Shown: positions 1-12,516, counted from the first letter of the stretch. The stretch is DNA of 44,624 bases from Octopus bimaculoides (GCF_001194135.2 NC_068984.1:29878550-29923173); one strand, 5' to 3'. Notes: generated by a model from the sequence alone, not told the origin. A program made the numbers and translations.

Positions 1-1
1 A

Positions 2-29
2 TAGAGAGAGAGAGAGAGAGAGAGAGAGA
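2..29. repeat. (AG)n microsatellite
   Basis: Pure tagagagag... run at the window start. Confidence 0.95.
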
Positions 30-339
30 TAATATTATAGCATAAAATAGTTTGTAAGTGTTTACAGAAGTATAAAACTAAAGTGCCGAACACGAAGTGG
101 AGAATCAATATTTTTTCCTCATAATACAGTGGATGACTATTCTTATTTTTCCATGTGATTAGAATGATGGGTCTCAAAAGATAATTGTCATACGAATACC
201 ACCCATATTAAGTATTCTCTATGGTTTCGTAAAAAACCGTATCATAGCATATGGTATCATACAAATATTATATCTCACTATACTATCATACTACGCCATG
301 TCTACTGTACTTTAACTCTTGGTTCTTATGACGTTAAGT

Positions 340-566
340 TTTGTGTGTGTGTATATATGTGTGTGTGTGTATGTATACATATGTATACATACATACATAT
401 ATACAGACATATAAACATACATATATATATATAGGTAGATAGATATATACGTATATATATGCATACATATATACATACATACATATATACATACATGTAC
501 ATATATATATATACATATTCATACATATATACATACATATACACATGCATACATACATACACATAT

Positions 567-616
<50 letters not shown>

Positions 617-888
617 NNNNNNNNNNNNNNNNNNNNNNNNNNNNNNNNNNNNNNNNNNNNNNNNNNNNNNNNNNNNNNNNNNNNNNNNNNNNNNNNNNNN
701 NNNNNNNNNNNNNNNNNNNNNNNNNNNNNNNNNNNNNNNNNNNNNNNNNNNNNNNNNNNNNNNNNNNNNNNNNNNNNNNNNNNNNNNNNNNNNNNNNNNN
801 NNNNNNNNNNNNNNNNNNNNNNNNNNNNNNNNNNNNNNNNNNNNNNNNNNNNNNNNNNNNNNNNNNNNNNNNNNNNNNNNNNNNNNNN

Positions 889-935
<47 letters not shown>

Positions 936-1000
936 TATATATATACATATATACATACATGCATACATAAATAGATAAATACATACATATATGTATATGT
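340..1000. repeat. Compound (TG)/(TA)/(TACA) microsatellite around an assembly gap (N 617-888)
   Basis: Low-complexity repeats on both sides of the N run; they explain ORFs 326-988 and neighbours. Confidence 0.95.
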
Positions 1001-1532
1001 AAAGTTAAATTTTCCTATATAGTGTGTTTTTAAGTATACGTCGCAATATATGGACTATATTAAGAAGTGCGCATTGCGAGATAAATCCTTCTCTGATTTC
1101 CCTTATCCTCACACATACATACACACACACACCCTGTCACTTCTATTGTAGCCTTTCTACTTACTCTTTCCCTCTCTCCCTCTTATAATGCTAGCCTCTC
1201 TCTTTCCCCTTCATCCACTTCCTCCTTATATTTTTTCTGTCGCTCTCTCTCCCTGCTGTCATTCTCCTCCGCCTGCTGCTGTCAAGTGACAAGTGGCCAG
1301 TTTCTCTTTTTCTTCCTTTCGTAGACTGGTCCCTTAGCTGACCAGTCGCAAATTCTCTCTCTCCATTCTCCATCCTTCAAAATATTTTCGAACTGTTACC
1401 TACTATTCTCGTCTCCATGGCCCCAACGCCGTATTTTGTTCGACTGTTTGTCCTCGTCCACCATCCTAAATCACTCTCTGTCTCGTTTTGCTTGTTTTGT
1501 TTAGTTTTGTTTGCTCTTGTCCGTCTTACAAA

Positions 1533-2125
1533 TATGGCATGTTCTGGTTCTTTTCTGATGAGAAAATTCTTCAACTAGGACCAAATTCTAACAGGAGATT
1601 GACAGACTTTTCTGATGTAACCAGATTAAGCTTCCAGCAGTTGTTCTAGTTTTAGGAATGGTGAATAATGAAGGTTATGTTGTGTCACATCGTATATTTC
1701 CTCAGGGCCTTAGAGTTAATGATTTTAGGTACATTGAAATATTGGAGACACTTGTTAAGCCCTGGATGAATGAAGTACATAAAGGAAGCCCATACGTATT
1801 TCAACAAGACTCGGCATCTTCTAACAGAGACTACCCAATCTAGAATGGATATCGTGCAATCTTTACGAACATGTAACATTAACTCTGTGACATGTAACTA
1901 ACCATATTAAAATCCCACGAAATGCTACATATGGGGTGTTGTTGAAATGGAAACTAATCAATATCTTCCCAATGCAATAAATTTGCTGAAGACCGACATT
2001 GTCCAGATGATGTATGAAATATATAAAGAACATTTAGTGCAAGTATTAAGATGTTACCAGTCTGGGATTGGAATGGCCATCGAAGTTGAAAGCATATTCA
2101 TAGATTTACATAGAGATTAATAAGA
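1533..2125 (+). mobile_element. Decayed Tc1/mariner transposase catalytic domain (maT/DD37D-like)
   Basis: Across frameshifts reads KYGMFWFFSDEK (first D), KLPAVVLVLGMVNNEGYVVSHRIFPQGLRVN..YIEILETLVKPWMNEVHKGSPYVFQQDSA (second D), then CYIWGVVEMETNQYLPNAINLLKTDIVQMM..KEHLVQVLRCYQSGI. The third-D region is degenerate and no TIRs were seen. Subfamily call is inferred from motif style. Confidence 0.85.
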
Positions 2126-3899
2126 TCAAACCTGGAATTCGATAAACTTGTTATAGTTTACACCATGTTTATCTTGTAGATATACATTGTGTAGGTAACA
2201 CACCGTTGTTATATTTGTTTATAAGTCAGTCTTCAAGATTATCAAACAGAATGGGGTTTCCTGTTTCCAGGTTGAGAGTGGTAATAAGCTGCTATTCTAT
2301 ATGTTCTTGTTTCTTTCTCGTCAGAACTATGTGCTCATAGAAATCATCTCATCACCTCACTGTCTAGAAGAGACTAATGAGAGCCACGAAATATCATATG
2401 CAATAAATTGAAACCTTAATAACTGGAAGATCATGGTCATTCTATCTTACGGAAAAATAAGATTCAAAGTTATAGTGTTGAAAAAGATTATCAATTCCAG
2501 AACTTCGGACAACCTTAGAAGGGACCAATGGAGTACATAAATATTAAAAGATTTTAATAAAATGCAGTTGCTACATATTTATTTACCGATAACTATTGAT
2601 ATGTTACACTTAGTATGTGTATCAGTTCATCAGAGTTTATAAATGCATTTTCATCAATAGGAGTTTTGTAAACCTGCATTCTAACTATCTGAATTACGGG
2701 GATGCAATAGTACCTCTTCGCATGCAGACACACATGCACACACCTGCACTCAAACACACATACGCATATATGTATATATGCGTATATGTGTGTGTATGCA
2801 TGTGCATATGTATATATGAAGGCACAAACACACATATATCGGGAGTTGCTCTGTGTCTAGACGTTTTTGTACGTTGGATTTGTATATTTTCCATTTTCAA
2901 ATACATATGCCCTGATGTCAAATGTTAGTGCATTTAAAAAGGCAATAGTTTTTGTTTCTGTTTGCGGAAAAGTGTGTAGGATATCGCAAGGTTTTGATAT
3001 AAAATGATAATGATGAAGTGACGGCTATAAATGACGCTAGAAGCAATGTTGCCATTTATTAATGGGCTATATTCTTTTAAACATTGTTATTTCTAAAAAA
3101 AAAAAAAAGGAAAGTGGATAGGAAAAAAGGTAGAACAATGAGCATTGTGTATAAGAACGTTTCTTTTCCTTCGTTTATATTCGGAGCTATAATCTTGTCT
3201 ACGCTAACATTGCCTGTCGCTTTTCTACGATAGGAAAAATAAGTATCAGTTATACAGTGTTGTTAATTGAATCTACTTAACCTCTTAACCTAAAAGGAAA
3301 TTATTTTTACAAGTATTAATGAGGTGGCAAGGCAAAATAGAAGCGTCATTTTCAGTGCCGTTTTACTTTATCTGTCAATACTTTGTAGTGTTTCATAATA
3401 CGATCCAGTAATACATCGTATATATATTGTTTTTTTCTCTAAGATAAAGTTACAGACTGCTGATATTATAATTTTTAATTATTAATTGCTAGAAAGGACA
3501 CAGTGTTTCTTTTTGCATCATATTACACTACCAAGTATAGTAAAGGTTTACAAGTCAATTTTGTGCCTACTTTTGTATTAGCAGTGCAATGATCTCATTT
3601 TAAAGTTTATTTCTACAGATTTGCAATAGAGTTGCAATAAAGTTAACACGTTTCGTATCCGAATACGTTAATGTAAACAATGAAATCGAAGATAGTAAAA
3701 AAAAAAATAGAGAAATAGGAAAAAAAGAAGAAAAAAATAGAAAAATATCCTGAATCGCATTTTTTACTTAAGCATATTCGTATATGAAACGCTGCAATTT
3801 TCAGTGCTAGCTCTGAATTGTATAGAAAATCTGGAGAGATAAACTTAAAATTATAATATATAAGTCGGAAATTGTCGTTGAAGAGGTTGCAGATGTGTG

Positions 3900-4950
3900 A
3901 TGAAAGATTTCCGGACAATGGACATGAGTTGAAATAAGAACAGTACAAAAAGAGTGAAGAAGGAATATATAGTGCGTGTGCTTAATCTGCGAAAAATAAA
4001 AAATAAAAAAATAAAGCAATGACCATCTCGAAATGCTACACTATAGATATAAGTGTTTGCAAATAAATGATAATAGGTAGCAGCTTAGGTTTTCTGTTTC
4101 AATTGATCGGAAGGTCGGCATAAAAACTTTGGATCTTTATTCCAACGAACTTAGAATTGATTAATAAAGGCCCTGCCACCTTGACAGAGAAAATTGAGTT
4201 TATCAGTCAGATAACTATGATACAGTGTAGTAAAGAAGAAGCAGAAAGCAAGGAAGGGAGAAGTAAAATGGTACAGGAGTGTTTATTCCTTACGGTTAGG
4301 TTCCAATATTCATTAATTGCTGTACTACACAGTATCTTCTTAACGAGTTGTGTATACATAATAAGCTGTATATTTGAAATTGTACGTATAAACGATTTCA
4401 TATATCCTTAGAAGACAAGAAAGATCAAAGAATAGAGAATTACGAAAAAATTGTCCAGTTTGAAGTGCTTTGTTCACATTTGAGGATTATATTGAGGTTG
4501 AGCAGCTTGTCAACTTCAATAAGTGGTTGGGTACATCCTATTATAGGTTAATCTTTAATTTAAAGGGAAGAGAACTCGTTTGAGAAGAACATTAAGTATC
4601 TAACTGACATTTGTAGTGGGTTGATAATTAGTTGGAATAAAAGAAAGCTTCCAAGTGTTGATTAGATACTCCTACAAGTGAACTAAGTGTCAAAGTATGT
4701 TCGTTGCTAGGGGTGAAAAGAATGGAAAAGAAATATATCAATTTTAGAGAGGAGAGTGTGCTGGAAAAATGCAGTTTATAAACTTTCTTATAAAATGAAT
4801 GTATACGACATATGATTACACTTACATTCTCTAATTGGGTAGGGACAAAGTCTCAAGAGAGTTATTAAGTACCTATTCATATCTAATGGACTAAGAGTAG
4901 CGGTTTTTGGTTAGAAGGCTGGTCTGACATTAAGGCATAAGCTGGAACTG
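3900..4950 (+). mobile_element. Possible highly decayed L1/Tx1-like reverse transcriptase relic
   Basis: aca ttt gag gat tat att (4476-4493) resembles codons for AYADDI; gaaggtcggcataaaaacttt near 4110 resembles the DRVDH motif. No continuous frame; boundaries approximate. Confidence 0.3.
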
Positions 4951-4985
4951 ATATATTTACTAAGCACACACATGCATATGCGCAA

Positions 4986-4987
<2 letters not shown>

Positions 4988-5022
<35 letters not shown>
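4988..5022. repeat. (CA)n microsatellite
   Basis: Pure AC run. Confidence 0.95.
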
Positions 5023-5024
<2 letters not shown>

Positions 5025-5489
5025 TACGCACACACAAACACACACGCATCACATGACATAAATATATACATGCAGTCAAGCATATACACAAATTGTTTTC
5101 GGAAAGTTAATATATTTGAAAGTAAGGATGAGGAAATTGAAGCAAAATTTTAACCATTTTGTTGGTCAATGGGCATTAAGATTAATGAGCACCACTGAGT
5201 TTAGAGAAGAAGCTTTCTTCAGTTGTATAAAATGTAGTATTGTAAAGGACGAGAGGAAGTGAAAAATTTGAGGCCCAATGAAAACATTTATTTTATTAGC
5301 ATTGTTAAAGGCTTCTGATATCAATTTCCTGAGTTAAAAACATGTTTCTAAAATATGTTTAGTGCAGATAACGCAGACATTGATACATGCACACACACAT
5401 GCACACACGCGCATATGAACACACACACGCGCGTGCGTGTATATAAATATATATCTATGCATGCAAGCACACGCTATTTATCTATCTGT

Positions 5490-5492
<3 letters not shown>

Positions 5493-5572
<80 letters not shown>
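5493..5572. repeat. (TA)n(TG)n microsatellite
   Basis: TA run followed by a long pure TG run. Confidence 0.95.
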
Positions 5573-5576
<4 letters not shown>

Positions 5577-6483
5577 ATTATGATTGAGCAGAAAAAGAAT
5601 TTTAATGAAAGCGGGCGGAAGGAAATTATTTGAGGAAAAACATTTCGAAATTCATTCTTATGATTTTTTCTATGCAAGCATTATCTAAAAGACTCTTCAA
5701 AATTTATATATTTCCCGTAATGATACTGCATAAGCGGAAATATTCAACCATTTTGTTTTGATATCGTACATAATCTTGCATTTCCTTCGGTTTTTGTTTG
5801 TTTGTTCTTAAAATATAGAATTCGACTTCGGTTAGGTTATCTATAAAGCAATTCTTTCACAGACCAATAAATAACAGTATAAATACTTCAAGTAAAACAG
5901 CATTATAAGTTTTAGTAGTAATTCTACTTACAGTTTTATGGTGGTGGACGTGACATTGCAGTACTTCTAGGAGATAATTTTGTTATTATTAATCCCTTTA
6001 CATTTGATAGCGATGACAGAACTTAATTATAAACGCAGCTATTGTCACTGTTAAATCTACCATATAAGGTGTTTTGCCTTATTTCTCTTTTGGCAACGCC
6101 CTTCCTTTAGACCCCCCCCACACACACAAACACAGATTAATCATTAAAAATTATGACCAAAAATTTGGTAATAAAATGTGATTGTATGTGCACTCACACA
6201 CACACATTCGCTAGTAAATTACATTATAAAACGTTGGCCCATTAGTCCGTTACGGGATCGCATGATATGCATACTGTGTTTTTCATTCGGAAACAGTGCC
6301 CCGAGACCTTCAAAATGGTGAATTCTTACCAAATGAATGAATGACCCTTTTGATATAATCTTCCCTCGCTTTGCTTTATTTACTTCTAAACTTTCTCTTT
6401 CGTTACAACTTCCAGCTAATTTGTTTGGTTCTTTCCGGAAACGTATTGATTTATTGTAGAGGCAGACATATATCTAAGCAATG

Positions 6484-6511
6484 CAACAACAGCAACAATA
6501 ACAATAATAAA

Positions 6512-6547
<36 letters not shown>

Positions 6548-6560
6548 GCTGTTATTATCC
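6484..6560. repeat. (AAC)/(AAT)/(ATT)n trinucleotide repeat
   Basis: caacaacagcaacaataacaataat followed by (att)n. Confidence 0.9.
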
Positions 6561-7214
6561 TTATTATATTCAGTATAAAGAGCTTTAATAGAAGTGGGTA
6601 TAATGCACAGAGTAAATAAGTCAAGGAAGCTGGGGGGCGCCTTTCCTTATTACAGAAAAAAATCAATTACTAAATTGAATTTAGTGACAGATTATAACTC
6701 TTGTTGAAGGAAAATTGGGAATTTCAGATATTAAAAATATCCAAGCGTTTAGCAATATAAATAACAACATCGAACTTGAACTTGACCGATTCCTTAACAA
6801 AATGCGTTCAGCTAGTATTCATGCCAAATGACGCCAAAGTAGTTGTTAAGAAGAGTTTCTAAAACGTTGGTTGATAAAAACGATAACCTTGCTGCAATCA
6901 ATTTGATTCTGGTACTGATAACAACTTTGATATCCTCGTGAATGCATCTATTAAAGGATCAATTGAATAGGAAATTAGCCTTTCATATAAACAAAATAAT
7001 AAGGTTTTTCATATTTAGCAACAAAGTTCATTGTTTCAAAACTCAGTGCATCACTGACACGTTTCAAACGCCGACCAGTGAGTTTCTATGTGATCACTTG
7101 ATCTACAAGAAATACCAGCTAAATCTTCCTCAGACTTTCCATTGCCATCCTAAAAAAAAAAACAGACTGTAGAAATCAGATTCCTCTAAGAAGCTAAGGC
7201 CAGAAGTATCCACT

Positions 7215-7365
7215 GCCCGTCTTGGAACGAGGAACTGAGCCTTTAGCTTGTATATATGGCACAGGGGATGACAAAAGCTATGATGTTGGATGTGCTGTCA
7301 GAGATGAACATTTGGTTTCTAGTAAAATGCTGGGTTTTAGAGGAATCGGAAAACGATTAGACATA
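7215..7365 (+). mobile_element. Possible RTE-type LINE AP-endonuclease fragment
   Basis: ORF 7222-7422 reads IYGTGDDKSYDVGCAVRDEHLVSSKMLGFRGIGKRL, resembling the G-V-G-F-A-V/I-R...I-S-E-R-L segment of RTE-clade APE domains. Confidence 0.4.
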
Positions 7366-7474
7366 AAAACCAAGGAAGCTGTTCTGCAATTGGGAATGAA
7401 ATTCTTGAGAACTTACACATGATTCCATATGAAATGGAACTTCTAAAGTGAACGCTATATTGGAAAGTACTGTG

Positions 7475-7520
<46 letters not shown>

Positions 7521-8125
7521 CATACACATACATACATACATGCATACATAAAACGTACAAATATAAATACATAGTACATACGCACGTCCATACGTACGTA
7601 CATACATACATACATAGATACATAGATACGTACATATTACAACCAGCCGAGACTCTTCAGTCTACAATAAGTCTTAAAAAGGTCACACTGCTGCCAAAAC
7701 CACAACGCCAACATTAGCTGCAGTAAAAGTAAGAGTCGCAACAAAAATACCGACAGTGATATATCAGAAAGAGAAAAAAATTGTTTTCTCTGACTTATTT
7801 CTATTAAGTATCGATCCCCTCTGTTATATATGTAGGACTTCTTATATTTGTACACAGGTTGCATCGTGTATGTGTATCGATACTAGTTTTATTTCTATAT
7901 ATTTTAGTGTGCCGTCATATTTATTCTTGCCATTCTGACAGTGTAAGTTTTCGGTCTGTTCTAGCTTCTTTTACTTCCATCCTCACAGCCTGGCTGATCG
8001 ATGTTTTCCTTGTATAATATTTGAAAGTGTTCCCTCAATATATTTCATGTGATATGACAAATCCCTAGTTTTACTGTTAATATTAGTGGTTATATTACAT
8101 GCAGTACAGTTACTTTTTTTTTTGT

Positions 8126-8504
8126 GGAGGCGCAATGGCCCAGTGGTTAGGGCAGTGGACTCGCGCTCATAGGAGCGCGGTTTTCGATTCCCAGACCGGG
8201 CGTTGTGAGTGTTTATTGAGCGAAAACACCTAAAGCTCCACGAGGCTCCGGCAGAGGATGGTGACGAACCCTGCTGTACTCTTTCACCACAACTTTCTCT
8301 CACTCTTTCTTCCTGTTTCTGTTGTACCTGTAATTCAAAGGGTCAGCCTTGTCACACTGTGTCACGCTGAATATCCCCGAGAACTACGTTTAAGGTACAC
8401 GTATCTGTGGAGTGCTCAGCCACTTGCACGTTAATTTCACGAGCAGGCTGTTCCGTTGATCGGATCAACTGGAACCCTCGACGTCGTAAGCGACGGAGTG
8501 CCAA
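8126..8504 (+). mobile_element. Full-length tRNA-derived SINE (family A)
   Basis: A box TGGCCCAGTGG (8136-8146), B-box-like GGTTTTCGATTCC (~8179-8191), GC-rich body, and TSD-like flanks gttac(t)n-gt (8109-8125) and gttacttttagt (from 8507). Confidence 0.85.
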
Positions 8505-8999
8505 TTGTTACTTTTAGTAATTATACAGGTACCACTCTACAAAAGGTAGGTTATAATTATTTGTTATCTAAGAGATTAGCTTGATTTCTCAACTACTCAA
8601 ATCCTATGGATAGCATCGCTATGTGGTTTTCAAAAAGTATAGGTTAACTCATCTATATAGATCGTATCAAGACACGTCATACCATAGAATTTGTCAAGAT
8701 ATCTTTTCTTGCAAAGACCTATTTACTTCCTTACTTATTCATTCTACCTTGTTCCATGATTTGTTTTGTTATCTCAGTGAACTTTTATTTGTAACGTTTC
8801 TTATTACGATTTATGAAGTAGCATTAGTGACCACACTAACGTCGCCACGAAGATCACCAACACTAGGACATAAATCCCTGTAACCACTACACCGATATAG
8901 AGAAATTTGCGTCCAGCAGTGTCTGTTTGTGAGCGTAAATGAACCAAAGTGTGTGTATGTGTGTGTGCTTGCGCGTGCGTTATGCAGCGTATGTCTTTG

Positions 9000-9250
9000 A
9001 GTAGTATATACTTGGCTGTTGCTGGTCAACAGTTACTATTGGTTTCATGTCTACTATTGCATTTGGCAATGTAGGCGACTCATCATGTCTAGTGGCTGGA
9101 AGAACTTTGCCACTTTCATAATGGAGGTAAAAAGTCCTAGTCAGTTTAGTAAAGAGATAATGTGCTTCCGGTCTGCAGCTATGATGCCAAGTGCATTAAT
9201 AGACATGAAACAAACGATATCTGACCGGCCATAACCAAGGATATACTACT
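9000..9250. repeat. 251-bp fold-back element with ~69-bp imperfect terminal inverted repeats (MITE-like)
   Basis: 9000-9028 pairs with 9222-9250 (24 WC, 2 G-U, 3 mismatches). 9042-9068 pairs with 9185-9211 (24 WC, 1 G-U, 2 mismatches). Confidence 0.8.
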
Positions 9251-9333
9251 TGTCTACATAAAATATAACTGCTCGAAATATACTTTTAGAGTCGTTTTTT
9301 TTTCACTGACTTATGGACAACAGACCGATTATA

Positions 9334-9335
<2 letters not shown>

Positions 9336-9387
<52 letters not shown>
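9336..9387. repeat. (TG)n microsatellite
   Basis: Pure TG run. Confidence 0.95.
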
Positions 9388-9389
<2 letters not shown>

Positions 9390-10123
9390 TGCTTATGTAT
9401 ATGTATGAAAGAATGAGACTGATGGAAGCACCACGGTCAATGTCGACAGCCGTTTTCCCTCCCGCCCAATTCCTAGCTTTGGTTCGTAAATGAATACTTA
9501 TAGTAGGTATGTATTCATAAACATAAAAGATAAACAGATTTAGTAATGAACTTACTACGACTATATAACATTTATGCATGTTCTCTGGCTCCACTATATA
9601 AGTGAGTGCAAGCGTGTGTGTCTGAGACTGTGTGTATGCGTATGGATATTACGCGTTTATGCAGTCACTGACACATATATACGTATGTATGTAGCTGACT
9701 AAGTTTATGTATCAGTGAATGTGTAAATATTTTTATTCTAGAGAGATAAGAAAGCTAACTTGAATGAAACGGACAGACACTCGTAAAAATAGAAATACGA
9801 TGTGTCAAAGCATGAAAAGAACGGTAGCACAGACCGCCCGTACACGCACACACTTACTCCCCCCCACACACACACATACACACACTCACACACAAACGCT
9901 CCTGATATATACACCATCATTCAGGCATACACTCATTCACAGTCGTACACACAGGTCAGAAAATGTATAAATACAAGGCAGATTTGGAGATAATGGCTTA
10001 TCATTGATGAAGTTCTGAATGCCGAGGAAAAAAATCCGACAAAGTAATTGATTGATTGATTGATTGAATGATTAATGAGGCAATTGATTAGTTAACTGTT
10101 TAATTGATTAACTAGTTGACAAA

Positions 10124-10340
10124 TGATATTTTCTAATTTTGGCACAAAGCAACAAATTTTGAGGGAAGGAGACGGGTGGATTACATTGAACCTTGTACTT
10201 GAGTGGTATCTTATTTTATCGATCCTTTGGAGGATGAAAGGTAAACTGGTCCCAGCAGAATTTGAACTTAGAACGTTATGAGTCATAAAAAACATTTGCG
10301 GTAATTTCTCTGATTCGCAATCGATTCTACCAGCTCTCGC
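10124..10340 (-). mobile_element. tRNA-derived SINE (family B), decayed full-length copy
   Basis: Reverse complement gives head gcgagagctggtagaatcg, ttcaaattc, cctttcatcc..gatcgataaaataagatacc and tail gctttgtgccaaaattagaaaatatc, matching the copies at 27.4, 31.6 and 43.0 kb. Confidence 0.8.
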
Positions 10341-10452
10341 AATATTTTTTATTATCAGTCAACAAACATTTACATAATTATTTATACATATATACCTATA
10401 TGTATGTCTTGCATGCTGCAGGTAGCTGAGCTCGTATCCCTTGTTATTCATT

Positions 10453-10455
<3 letters not shown>

Positions 10456-10527
<72 letters not shown>
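10456..10527. repeat. (TA)n microsatellite
   Basis: Pure AT run. Confidence 0.95.
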
Positions 10528-10530
<3 letters not shown>

Positions 10531-11351
10531 TGTGTGTATTGTAGTCACAAGCAACAACAACAACATTTAGATGACCTAAAATATGTTTGGAGCATATTTA
10601 ACTTATAAAACGGTGCAATGATTTCAAGGATCATTTTAAGGCACCTTCTAGTGGAAGCAGTCAATGAATTTTTGTTTCTTGGCTATCATCAGCATTGTTC
10701 TAGATATCTGCTTACTTGAAGCAATGCTCGCGTGTCTCCTTCAATACTTTATCGTAATGGAGACTAGCGTCTCACGAAATCAGTTCATGTTATGCTACTG
10801 CGTTTCTATAGGGAAACGAAGTTATTTCAGAATTGTCTCTCTTGCGGTACATTGTGTTGGTGATAGACAAGACGCTAGAAATGCATATATTGCTTCCCAC
10901 TGAAGGCACTTTGAAATGACTGTTGGTGTTTTACCTATACGATCACGTAGAATATGTCAGCTTAATTTAACTCGTGCACTTGTATGTATGAATATAGGCA
11001 GTATATATATATATGTATATAAAAGAACTTGAAAGGACATCGAACCTAATTCATCCTAATTAACATCCTCGTTGTATAGGAGCCTTCTTGATGCAATCAG
11101 ATCTACTTGTCTTCGATGCTATCTTTAATAATTCCCTTAACATATTTGGCAGACGCGTACCGTTAATTCCTATATAACAGTTATATAAATATATATGCAA
11201 TAATTGTCATTACTCCGTGGTAGAAAATTAAACGTGATTAAATTTTCACTGTCTCAATTTTCTTTTTTTTTTCTATGAGTATCTTTCTATGTTTTCTGTG
11301 CTTGATTTTGTTGAAGGAGTACACGTAGAAGCAGGTATACATCCATCCATC

Positions 11352-11389
<38 letters not shown>

Positions 11390-11523
11390 NNNNNNNNNNN
11401 NNNNNNNNNNNNNNNNNNNNNNNNNNNNNNNNNNNNNNNNNNNNNNNNNNNNNNNNNNNNNNNNNNNNNNNNNNNNNNNNNNNNNNNNNNNNNNNNNNNN
11501 NNNNNNNNNNNNNNNNNNNNNNN

Positions 11524-11912
11524 TATTCTTTTATTTTATTTGTTTCAGTCATTTCACTGTGGCCATGCTGGAGCACTACGTTAAGTGGTTTTAGTCAAAC
11601 AAATCGACCTCAGGACTTATTCTTTGTAAACCTAGTACTTATTCTATCGAACACTTTTGCCGAACCGCTAGTTTACGGGAGACATAAACACACCAACATC
11701 GGTTGTCAAGCGATGGTGGAGGGATAAAAAGAGACACAAACACACAAATACATATGTCGGGCTTCTTTCAGATTCCGCCTACTAAATTCCCTCAGAAGGC
11801 TTCGGTCGGCCCGAGGCTATAGTAGAAGTCACTTGCCCAAGGCGCTACGCATTGAGACAGTACCCGGAATCATATGATTAGAAAGCAGCCACTTTACTAC
11901 ACAGCCACGCCT
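11524..11912 (-). mobile_element. tRNA-derived SINE (family C)
   Basis: Minus strand begins aggcgtggctgtgtagtaaag (A-box-like), then ccgggtactgtctc (decayed B box), cttgggcaagtgacttctactatagcctcgggccgacc, and ends ccagcatggccacagtgaaatgactgaaacaaataaaat at the gap (N 11390-11523). Confidence 0.8.
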
Positions 11913-11959
11913 ATATATACTTAAATACGTACCTACACACACATACACACACACACGCA

Positions 11960-11991
<32 letters not shown>

Positions 11992-11992
<1 letters not shown>

Positions 11993-12228
11993 CTACTATA
12001 TATTTGTGAAAAGGGCGGACGTTGTCTCACAAGCATTTGTACAAGCAAAAGTGTTAGTAAATGTGGTCGGATTGACCTGAACATTTGCACACCTATGTTA
12101 AAAGTGCTGAGGAGTTTGCAAGGCATCTTTGAGTTTGCTCAATTAAAAGGCGTGGCCTCTAGGGCAGAATTCCTCATATTTAAAATGTTGTTCGAGTAGA
12201 CCTGACTGAAATCGGGTTATGATACTAG
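11992..12228 (+). mobile_element. Complete non-autonomous mini-Helitron (237 bp)
   Basis: A|TCTACTATATAT 5' end, 7-bp subterminal hairpin gacctga-ctgaaa-tcgggtt (12199-12218), CTAG|T 3' end (12225-12229), inserted between A and T with no TSD. Confidence 0.65.
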
Positions 12229-12273
12229 TATATATATATAGAGAGAGAGAGAGAGACAGGTCGTGTTTTAAGC

Positions 12274-12516
12274 TCAGTATGGCCGACTGTTTAGGAGGTA
12301 CGCAGCGCAAATATTAAGTGTCCGATACAATCTTACAGAGTGGTCTCTTGGGCAACCTCTACATTTTGCTTTTTCCAAGTAGAAGAAATTCAGTTTTTGG
12401 TGATTTCGTATGACATTGACAAATTTGAAATGTACATTCATCAGGCTTTTGATATTTACTGCAAAAATTTTCTCCGTTACTATCTTTCCTCGAGTTTGTG
12501 AAATATTTATGGTCAA
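12274..12516 (-). mobile_element. Possible decayed CR1-like LINE ORF2 C-terminus
   Basis: ORF ends KLNFFYLEKAKCRGCPRDHSVRLYRTLNICAAYLLNSRPY, resembling the FF..TRGHSxKL..RLNIR..FFxNR tail of CR1-clade ORF2. Confidence 0.4.

Noticed and set aside
326-988. Long ORFs of 140-290 aa here and at 20012-20906, 23947-24729 and 34132-34948
   Set aside because: They run through N gaps and YI/HT/CV microsatellite translations.
1140-1530. Pyrimidine-skewed stretch with an 8-bp hairpin GACTGGTC/GACCAGTC (1324-1347)
   Set aside because: Low-complexity CT-rich DNA; a few 8-bp stems are expected by chance in 44 kb.
6691-6831. 46-codon open frame IITLVEGKLG..SIHAK* after tgacag
   Set aside because: Weak acceptor, no recognisable homology, length within chance.
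8126-8200. tRNA gene
   Set aside because: A/B boxes continue into a SINE body with TSD; no full cloverleaf.
9062-9086. UUUGGCAAUGUAGGCGACUCAUCAU resembles miR-182 including its seed
   Set aside because: Its partner strand is about 100 nt away and it straddles the stem end, which is not pre-miRNA geometry; probably coincidence.
10718-10896. Nested 8-bp and 9-bp inverted repeats
   Set aside because: Short, with unpaired intervening sequence; expected by chance.
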